NCBI GenBank assembly: GCA_964544225.1
Contig: CAZIZK010000002.1
Span: forward strand, 2,557-66,556
DNA: 64,000 nt
From: an uncultured Candidatus Saccharibacteria bacterium
Lineage (GTDB): Bacteria > Patescibacteriota > Minisyncoccia > Phycocordibacterales > UBA9973
Direction of reading: 5' to 3'
Each line of letters begins with the position of its first letter. Position 1 is the first letter of the stretch. A program made the position numbers and the translations under genes. Below, piece after piece: positions 57,289-64,000 of the stretch. The notes under the pieces are model-generated. The model saw only the letters and a program-made list of their open reading frames with translations. It was not told the DNA's origin and ran no database searches.

Positions 57289-58335
57289 TTATTCTTCGTC
57301 TTTTGGATTATCTATCGCTATCAGTTCTATACCTGTGGCGACCCCGGTAATACGGGTGACATCTTTGTCGATCTTTTTAAACTCTTTACCCGAGTTGTTG
57401 TAGTGGTTCACTACAGTGGAAAGTGAGTTACCCAATTTCTTATGGTATTCGTCATACGACTTGAGGTGTTTACCTAGTTCCTCAACCCTTTTTACTATAT
57501 CCTTTGCGCTCTCTTCGATTTGCATAGCCTTTAGGCCCTGGAGCACTGTCTGCAAGTAGGCTAGGAATGATGTAGGGGACACGATGATAACTTTGTATTT
57601 ACTTGCGGCCCTTTGTATCAAGTTCTCTGTATCTTCGGTGACTGCACCTATTTTATTTATAATCAAATCATAATATATAGCTTCGTGCGGTATGAACATG
57701 AAGGCAAAGTCCATTGTGCCATTTTCCGGCTGGATGTATTTGCTAGTTTCTGTTATACGATTCTTCAGGTCGTTTAGGAACACTTTTTCCAATCTTTCCT
57801 TTTCAGTTTTGTCGCTGGTCTCGCTGATACGGTTGTAATTCTCGAGCGAGAATTTAGAATCGATAGGGATGATCTTGTCTTTTACAAATACTGCTGCGTC
57901 GACAATAGTTCCGTCGGCGAATCCGTATTGCATCTGGTAGCTTCCTGGTGGCATGACATTCTTCAATAATGTTTCTAGGTAGTATTCACCCAACACCCCG
58001 CGCTGTTTTGGGTTCTTCAGTATGTCTTGTAGGCTCTGAAGCTGGTCGGTAAATGACATGACTTGTTTGTTGGTCTCATCTAGCCTGGTCAGCCTCTCGG
58101 TAATGTCACGGATAATATTTTGTGATTGATTTGTCTGGTGGCGGATAGTTTCGTTCACTTCCTTTTGACTCTCGGACAATTTCGCATCCATGGTGCGAGT
58201 CAACTCATTCATCTGCTGTAGCAGTAGGGCAAAGCCGGTGTCATCCTTTACCACTTGCTTCTTGCCACGTGTTAATAGTAGGGCTATCACAACCCCCACA
58301 ACAATCCCGATAATTATTATTAAAATACTGTTCAT
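57289..58335 (-). CDS. rmuC: DNA recombination protein RmuC
   Basis: N-terminal TM, coiled coil, K.RG.LGE..LE.LL, IDSKF.L, DFA.MFIP.E, VSPT. Confidence 0.9.
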   Translation of the reverse strand: MNSILIIIIGIVVGVVIALLLTRGKKQVVKDDTGFALLLQQMNELTRTMDAKLSESQKEVNETIRHQTNQSQNIIRDITERLTRLDETNKQVMSFTDQLQSLQDILKNPKQRGVLGEYYLETLLKNVMPPGSYQMQYGFADGTIVDAAVFVKDKIIPIDSKFSLENYNRISETSDKTEKERLEKVFLNDLKNRITETSKYIQPENGTMDFAFMFIPHEAIYYDLIINKIGAVTEDTENLIQRAASKYKVIIVSPTSFLAYLQTVLQGLKAMQIEESAKDIVKRVEELGKHLKSYDEYHKKLGNSLSTVVNHYNNSGKEFKKIDKDVTRITGVATGIELIAIDNPKDEE

Positions 58336-58441
58336 ATACGTAATATTTTAACATAATTTACTATTACTGACCTTATAAAATTTACCTTTACAAAATAAAT
58401 AAACTATGGTATATTATGAAAAACAACATTAAAAATAAAAA

Positions 58442-59686
58442 ATGAAAAACATTAAAGGAGAAATCGAGAAATGTCTTTTGTCTTATCCATTGTACAATGA
58501 AAAAGATACTGAAATTTTCAAGGAGTGGTATGAGCTTCAAACGAATAACTGGTTGGATTATCTTCATCAAATTTTGGAAATCATAAAGAATCCAAAAACG
58601 AAAGATTCAATTAGAGCCATTGCTATACTTTACCTGGTAATACCTAGTTATTGGAATCCATTGACAGGTGAGTATATACGGACCATATTTCGTAGGCTTA
58701 AATATAGACAGAATTACAATGAAACATTTCAGGAATATTTTTCTTTCAGAAATCTGTCTATCTATGAATTTGTCGCTGATTTGCTTATTTTATTCTTTAA
58801 CGGGATAAAATATTCTTGTAAAAATGGTAAAGTTTTAAAATTTACAGTGGATCACGATAAGACTGTAGATAATTATCGTTTCGGTGGTAATGAACAGGAT
58901 AGGCTTGATGATAGGATATTTTTCTGTCATGCTTTAACAGTACATGTTTTGCCAAAATTATCAGATGATAAAAGGCAAAAATTAATTGACTCGTTTCTAT
59001 TTTTTGGAGAAATTCCAAAATCAAGAAATGGTGCCAATCTTAACCACATGTATCTGATCAATTCTGAACCATATAAACTTTTTGGCGCTTGCTTGAAGGA
59101 AGCGAATCCTTCAGGAATACTCATATTATTTGATTCAATGTTGAATTTTCTTAAAAATTTAAAGAAGAATCAGTTAAGTAAGGTTGTAAATGGATACTTT
59201 CTTCTGATCCATGACATTGTTAATGGTAACATTGTTAGTGGTAGTAGCTCATTTTTTATTAAGATGAATAGGAAAGACAAGATTTACATTTTGGAAGGTT
59301 GGTTGAGTTTTGCTATGGAGGCAATTGGGGCAGATGCCAATATTTCAATCGAACCACTTAATCAAGACACATTAAAATTTCTCAAGAAAGAGAATCCTGT
59401 TTTGTTCCAAAGCTGGCTACAAGTAGTGGTAGGAAAGGAGATTTCTTCAGGGAAATTTTATTATGAAACTTCTACATTGAATTTTTTATTGAAGAATTTT
59501 TCTCCTGAAACTCATCAGGAAATCATTTCTACATTAAACAACAAGTTAGAAGAATTGAAAATTTTAAATAAAAAACAAGCGCAAGAAGCTCTAGAAAATA
59601 AAAAAAAGACAGAGAAACAAGCAAATGAAGTAAATATGCTTCGGACACGCAGTCTTGAACTCTTGACGTTGATGGAGGAAAATTAA
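58442..59686 (+). CDS. Hypothetical helical protein (AT-rich ORFan)
   Basis: 414-aa ORF with own promoter-like and terminator sequences. Confidence 0.65.
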   Translation: MKNIKGEIEKCLLSYPLYNEKDTEIFKEWYELQTNNWLDYLHQILEIIKNPKTKDSIRAIAILYLVIPSYWNPLTGEYIRTIFRRLKYRQNYNETFQEYFSFRNLSIYEFVADLLILFFNGIKYSCKNGKVLKFTVDHDKTVDNYRFGGNEQDRLDDRIFFCHALTVHVLPKLSDDKRQKLIDSFLFFGEIPKSRNGANLNHMYLINSEPYKLFGACLKEANPSGILILFDSMLNFLKNLKKNQLSKVVNGYFLLIHDIVNGNIVSGSSSFFIKMNRKDKIYILEGWLSFAMEAIGADANISIEPLNQDTLKFLKKENPVLFQSWLQVVVGKEISSGKFYYETSTLNFLLKNFSPETHQEIISTLNNKLEELKILNKKQAQEALENKKKTEKQANEVNMLRTRSLELLTLMEEN

Positions 59687-59706
59687 AAATTAAAGATAAA
59701 TTCTTT

Positions 59707-59737
59707 AAAAGCCCTGGCTATCGTCAGGGCTTTTTTT
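59707..59737. terminator. Bidirectional terminator
   Basis: aaaagccctggc-tatc-gtcagggcttttttt. Confidence 0.7.
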
Positions 59738-60458
59738 AATGCAACATTCCTAAATGGTGTTTGAGGGTGTAGATCCAGTCTTCGTCGTCGGGGCTCTGCT
59801 CTAGCTTCTGAGCTAGTAGCCATTGCAGGTAGCCACTGTCAGTCTTTGCCACTTCTTCGACACTTTTGCCCTTGTGTTTACCAAAGGAAAATGTGCGTAG
59901 TAGTGATGGGTGTGATGAAAGCTCCAGCATCTTGTCGATAGCCTTATCTTCATCACCTAGTTCATCTACTAACTTCTTGTACAATCTTTCAAACAATTTT
60001 TCCAAAACACGTACATCACCGAGGGCGTCATGGGCCTGGCCATCTACATCTATCTCGAGCAAGTAGCGTAAATATTGTAATCCGTATTGAGAAAGCTTGC
60101 CATCGGTATCGAGTGCTCGTGCAGTACGTAGGGTACAGATAGAATGCTTTGGGTAGATACCTTCTTTGTGCATCATGCCAAGGTCGAACTTTGCATTGTG
60201 AGCGATAAATATAGAGTCTGGGTGTTCGAGCAATTCCTTCATGGGTACATAATCACCACTTTCTTTAAATGCAGGCTTGTCGGCTACGTGTTTGTTCGTG
60301 ATATGTGTAATAGCACTGGCTTCGGGTGGAATAGGGATAGATGGTTTATATAGTTCACAGAACTCGGTACCATCCAACTTGTAAGCGATCTGACATAGGA
60401 AATCATCAGGTGTATTGCCTGTGGTTTCAGTATCTAGAAATATTAATTTTCTTTTCAT
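59736..60458 (-). CDS. DEDDh 3'-5' exonuclease (ExoX-like) with C-terminal FGKHKG domain
   Basis: LDTETTG, AHNAKFD, AHDALGDV, FGKHKG....V...D.GYL.W. Confidence 0.88.
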   Translation of the reverse strand: MKRKLIFLDTETTGNTPDDFLCQIAYKLDGTEFCELYKPSIPIPPEASAITHITNKHVADKPAFKESGDYVPMKELLEHPDSIFIAHNAKFDLGMMHKEGIYPKHSICTLRTARALDTDGKLSQYGLQYLRYLLEIDVDGQAHDALGDVRVLEKLFERLYKKLVDELGDEDKAIDKMLELSSHPSLLRTFSFGKHKGKSVEEVAKTDSGYLQWLLAQKLEQSPDDEDWIYTLKHHLGMLH

Positions 60459-60492
60459 TTTATTATTGTATCATATTTGCTATAATAAAATC

Positions 60493-60945
60493 ATGTTACA
60501 TGAAGAAATAAAAAAAGGAATAAAAGAGGCTATGATGGCCCGCGACTCTGTACGCCTCGAAGTATTGCGAGGTTTATCATCTGCATTTACTAATGAGTTG
60601 GTTGCTACAGGCAAGACCCCTCAGGACACTTTATCTGATGAGCAGGCCCTAGCTGTAATAGTGCGTACAGCAAAGCAACGCAAAGACGCTATCGAGCAAT
60701 TCACAAAGGGTGGTCGTATGGACCTAGCTGATGAAGACAGTGCACAGTTGAAAGTATTGGAAGTGTACCTGCCAAAGATGATGGAACGTTCCGAGGTAGA
60801 GTCTATAGCCCGTGCAAAACAAACAGAGCTAGGCTTTACAGACCCAACAAAGAAGGGTATGTTCATCGCAGCTGTTATGAAGGACCTAAAGGGCAAGGCC
60901 GACGGTAGTGTGGTAAAGGAAGTAGTCGATTCATTATTTAGTTAA
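60493..60945 (+). CDS. GatB/YqeY domain protein
   Basis: IKEAM.ARD..RL.VLR, KQR.DA...F..GGR.DLA..E/D, YLP, KGKADG. Confidence 0.88.
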   Translation: MLHEEIKKGIKEAMMARDSVRLEVLRGLSSAFTNELVATGKTPQDTLSDEQALAVIVRTAKQRKDAIEQFTKGGRMDLADEDSAQLKVLEVYLPKMMERSEVESIARAKQTELGFTDPTKKGMFIAAVMKDLKGKADGSVVKEVVDSLFS

Positions 60946-60959
60946 TTATATTTTTTAAT

Positions 60960-61304
60960 ATGCGAATTATTTTACATTGGATTATTCTATCGGTTGCTGT
61001 GTGGGGTACAACACGTGTCATGCCAGGTATCAGTGTGAACCCGGTATGGGTTGCTGCAGTTGTGGGTGCATGTCTGACACTGTTCAACATGTTCTTAAAG
61101 CCTGTAATCAATATACTTACACTACCTCTTAATATCCTGACCCTTGGCTTCTTCTCACTTATTGTGAATGGACTTATATTCTGGTACCTAAGTACTATAT
61201 TGAAGGGCTTCACTATTACCAGCTTCTCGGCTGCATTCGTAGGTGCATTGATAGTATCACTTCTTAACTGGCTTATAACAAAGGTCTTCCGTTTTGATTT
61301 GTAA
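60960..61304 (+). CDS. YvlD / phage-holin-family 4-TM membrane protein
   Basis: N..LKP....LTLP.N.LTLG.F....NG, F..AF.GA. Confidence 0.85.
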   Translation: MRIILHWIILSVAVWGTTRVMPGISVNPVWVAAVVGACLTLFNMFLKPVINILTLPLNILTLGFFSLIVNGLIFWYLSTILKGFTITSFSAAFVGALIVSLLNWLITKVFRFDL

Positions 61305-61310
61305 GTTTAT

Positions 61311-61922
61311 ATGCTGACTATTAACTTTATTCGACATTTTGTAGAAGCACATGCTGTATTTGCATACGTGTTTATATTTTTTGGGGTTTTGTTTGAAGGT
61401 GAAATAGTTGTCATACTCGCTGGGATATTTACTTATCTTGGTTCATTACATACAGCTACTTCTGGAGTAGCAATACTTTTAGGTGGAGTATCTAAATCTG
61501 TAATAGGTTATTCTATTGGGTATTATTTACAAAAGCATCACTCTCATCGAACCTTCCTAAAGAAGATCGAGAACCGTATATCATACTTCCTACCACGCTT
61601 TACTGAAAAGCCTTTTTGGTCTATATTTATATCACGATTCTTTATTCTAGGTATGAATTGGTTTGCCCTAATATTCTCAGGGTACAAAAAGGTAAATATC
61701 AGGACTTATGTAAGAGCCGAGATATCATCATTGCTAGTATGGATGACATTTATGTTCTCACTCGGTTATTCTTTTAGTTATGCAGCACTCAATGTTAGTC
61801 GCGATATACGTAAATTCCTCGGGTTCTTGTTGTTATTCTTCATAGCATTCTTTATTGTGCGTAGGATGATAGCATTTTTTATCGAGATAAGTGGTAAACC
61901 AAAAAATAATTTAAAACAATAA
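61311..61922 (+). CDS. DedA-family membrane protein
   Basis: EGE...ILAG, GY..G, SRF motif. Confidence 0.8.
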   Translation: MLTINFIRHFVEAHAVFAYVFIFFGVLFEGEIVVILAGIFTYLGSLHTATSGVAILLGGVSKSVIGYSIGYYLQKHHSHRTFLKKIENRISYFLPRFTEKPFWSIFISRFFILGMNWFALIFSGYKKVNIRTYVRAEISSLLVWMTFMFSLGYSFSYAALNVSRDIRKFLGFLLLFFIAFFIVRRMIAFFIEISGKPKNNLKQ

Positions 61923-61927
61923 AATAA

Positions 61928-62824
61928 ATGAAATTTTTTAATAAAAAGAAAATATTGGTAACACACAACAGCACATTTCATGCTGATGATGTTTTTGCTA
62001 CAGCAACACTATCTATATTATATAAAGACAATATCCGTATTATCCGTACTCGCGATGAGGATATGATAAAGAGTGCCGATGTTGTATACGATGTAGGAGG
62101 TATCGATGATCCAGCAACTGACCGGTTCGACCATCATCAGATCGGTGGCGCCGGCAAGAGGGCAAACGGCATACCTTATGCAGCTTTTGGCCTAGTGTGG
62201 AAGAAGTATGGTGCCACTGTGTGTGGCAGTCAGCAATGCGCCGACAAGATAGATGAAAGACTAGTTCAGGCTATCGATGCAAATGATAACGGCATGGACC
62301 TATTCAAAGACGCAATAATTGTGCCACCGTATCTGATCCAACACGCTTTCTACTCTTTCCGACCGAGCTGGAAGGAGGAGCAGGATTATGACCGTGCTTT
62401 TATGAAAGCTGTAAAGATCGCAAAGCAAATATTGGAAAGGGAAATAGTAAAGACTCGTGACGCTATAGATGGTGAGGATCTGGTTCGTGAAGCTTATAAT
62501 AAATGCGATGATAAAAGGCTGTTGATATTGGATACAAAGTTGCCTTGGGAAGAGGTTGCCACAGGTATGGGTGAGCCATTGATAGTAGTTGCCCCACGTC
62601 CAGATGGTAAATGGAAGGCCGAAGCCGTGTTTCTAAAGCAGGGTAGTATAGAGAGGAAGGTAAAGTTCCCGTCATCTTGGGCAGGTCTACGTGACGAGGC
62701 TCTAGTAAAGGAAACTGGAGTCTCCGATGCCGTATTCTGCCATAATGGCCTTTTTATGGTAGTATCACTAAGTAAACAAGGGGCTATCGATTTAGCACGG
62801 AAGTGTTTAGAAGTTAATCAATAA
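61928..62824 (+). CDS. MYG1-family (DHH-like) exonuclease
   Basis: THNSTFHADD, RTRD, DVGG..D....FDHHQ, D.NDNG, P..WAGLRD, FCH..F. Confidence 0.9.
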   Translation: MKFFNKKKILVTHNSTFHADDVFATATLSILYKDNIRIIRTRDEDMIKSADVVYDVGGIDDPATDRFDHHQIGGAGKRANGIPYAAFGLVWKKYGATVCGSQQCADKIDERLVQAIDANDNGMDLFKDAIIVPPYLIQHAFYSFRPSWKEEQDYDRAFMKAVKIAKQILEREIVKTRDAIDGEDLVREAYNKCDDKRLLILDTKLPWEEVATGMGEPLIVVAPRPDGKWKAEAVFLKQGSIERKVKFPSSWAGLRDEALVKETGVSDAVFCHNGLFMVVSLSKQGAIDLARKCLEVNQ

Positions 62825-62836
62825 AAGAATTATATT

Positions 62837-63808
62837 ATGTTAGTTGATGAGATCAAGATAAGTGCAAAGGCAGGCCGAGGTGGTGACGGTGTTGTACGAT
62901 GGCGCCAAGAGAAATTTATCGACAAAGGTGGCCCAAATGGTGGTGACGGTGGTCATGGTGGTGATGTATATGCCGTTGCTGTTCAGGATATAAACTTGCT
63001 TGCAAAGTACAAACACAAGAAGGAGTTCGTAGGCAATGATGGACAGGACGGTGCTGGTGGAAGTCGCCATGGTAAAAGTGGCGAGGACCTAATCATCGAG
63101 TTCCCAGTGGGTTCAATAATTACAAATACCAATACAGGTGACTTTGTGTCACTGGAACAAGTAGGACAAAAGGAGCTATTGCTTCGTGGTGGCCAAGGTG
63201 GGTTCGGTAACGAACAATTCAAAAGTTCTATAAACACTACTCCTACAAAAGCAACCAAAGGTACTTTTGGTGAAGAAGGCAATTTCAAGATCGAGCTACA
63301 CTTGTTCGCTGATGTTGGTCTGATCGGCCTACCGAACGCAGGCAAGAGCTCACTACTAAACTCATTAACTAATGCGCAGGCAAAGATAGGTGCGTACCAG
63401 TTTACGACTTTGGATCCGAACCTTGGCGAATTTCATAAATTTATACTTGCTGATATCCCAGGGTTGATCGAAGGTGCGAGCGAGGGCAAGGGCCTGGGTA
63501 TCAAATTCCTAAAGCATATCAAGAGGACAAAGATGCTAGCACATTTGGTAAGCTTTGAAAACGAAAATATGATGAAAGTATATAAAGAGATAAGGCATGA
63601 ATTAGAAAGCTATGACCAAGAGCTAGCCGACAAAGATGAAGTGATTATATTAACAAAGACAGACGTAGTAGATGACCCAAAAAAGATAGAGAAGGTGAAG
63701 AAAGAATTTATGAAATTAAAGAAGCCAGTATTTGTACTGTCACTGTTTGATGACGCAATGGTAAAGGAATTCAGTGACGACTTGGTAAAGCTTTTGCGAG
63801 CACAATAA
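62837..63808 (+). CDS. obgE: GTPase ObgE/CgtA
   Basis: Gly-rich N-terminus, GLPNAGKS, FTTL.P.LG, DIPGLIEGA, TK.D. Confidence 0.95.
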   Translation: MLVDEIKISAKAGRGGDGVVRWRQEKFIDKGGPNGGDGGHGGDVYAVAVQDINLLAKYKHKKEFVGNDGQDGAGGSRHGKSGEDLIIEFPVGSIITNTNTGDFVSLEQVGQKELLLRGGQGGFGNEQFKSSINTTPTKATKGTFGEEGNFKIELHLFADVGLIGLPNAGKSSLLNSLTNAQAKIGAYQFTTLDPNLGEFHKFILADIPGLIEGASEGKGLGIKFLKHIKRTKMLAHLVSFENENMMKVYKEIRHELESYDQELADKDEVIILTKTDVVDDPKKIEKVKKEFMKLKKPVFVLSLFDDAMVKEFSDDLVKLLRAQ

Positions 63809-63826
63809 ATATATTAGAATCACAAG

Positions 63827-64000
63827 ATGGAACAGAAAAAATATTACACAACAATAGGGCTCGAAATTCACGCAGAGTTGAAGACCAACTCCAAGATGTT
63901 TTGTGGTTGTGCCAATAACCCCGATATAGATACTCCAAATGTAAATATTTGCCCTGTGTGTATGGCGCACCCAGGCACACTACCTGTACCGAATAAGGAG
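63827..64000 (+). CDS. gatB: Asp/Glu-tRNA amidotransferase subunit B (5' part, truncated by window edge)
   Basis: IGLEIHAEL.T.SKMFCGC...PN.N.CPVC.AHPG.LPV.N. Confidence 0.9.
   Translation, partial: MEQKKYYTTIGLEIHAELKTNSKMFCGCANNPDIDTPNVNICPVCMAHPGTLPVPNKE

Noticed and set aside
60960-61304. Holin-family gene as evidence of a prophage
   Set aside because: YvlD-type membrane protein among housekeeping genes, with no phage genes nearby.
1-64000. Alternative genetic code (TGA=Gly) as in Gracilibacteria/Absconditabacteria
   Set aside because: All conserved genes are full length under the standard code.

Overview
A gene-dense bacterial chromosome segment read in the standard genetic code. Gene content and style point to Patescibacteria/CPR, probably Parcubacteria (inference): paired TraG/VirB4-like ATPases, an HTH-MurA fusion, a MYG1 protein, a Cys-rich CxxC protein, and many -10 boxes a few nt upstream of ATG with no Shine-Dalgarno. 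The backbone is housekeeping: murA/B/C/D/E/F, mrdA, mraZ-rsmH-ftsL-ftsI, topA, dprA, parB, rel, dnaX, serS, lysS, greA, prs, rmuC, obgE, the start of gatB, and three tRNAs (Leu-CAA, Gln-TTG, Glu-CTC). Single AT-rich accessory genes are interspersed. The most unusual signals are: (1) a ~5.6 kb large-serine-recombinase island in the 3' end of tRNA-Glu that carries a complete, inverted internal copy of its own attP junction, has its att site inside the recombinase 3' end so that integration swaps the C-terminus, and holds two highly structured non-coding regions; (2) three ~122-bp TCCCGTTAGA...TCTAACGGGA hairpin elements, each inserted exactly at a start codon (topA, dprA, dus), duplicating it and showing compensatory base changes; (3) several families of small palindromes inserted in frame in essential genes; (4) an orphaned dprA 3' end marking an insertion; (5) a Bacteroidetes-type primary sigma factor; (6) candidate operator and promoter motifs for HTH-MurA, an ECF sigma factor and MraZ. 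All family assignments come from motif recognition, not database searches.
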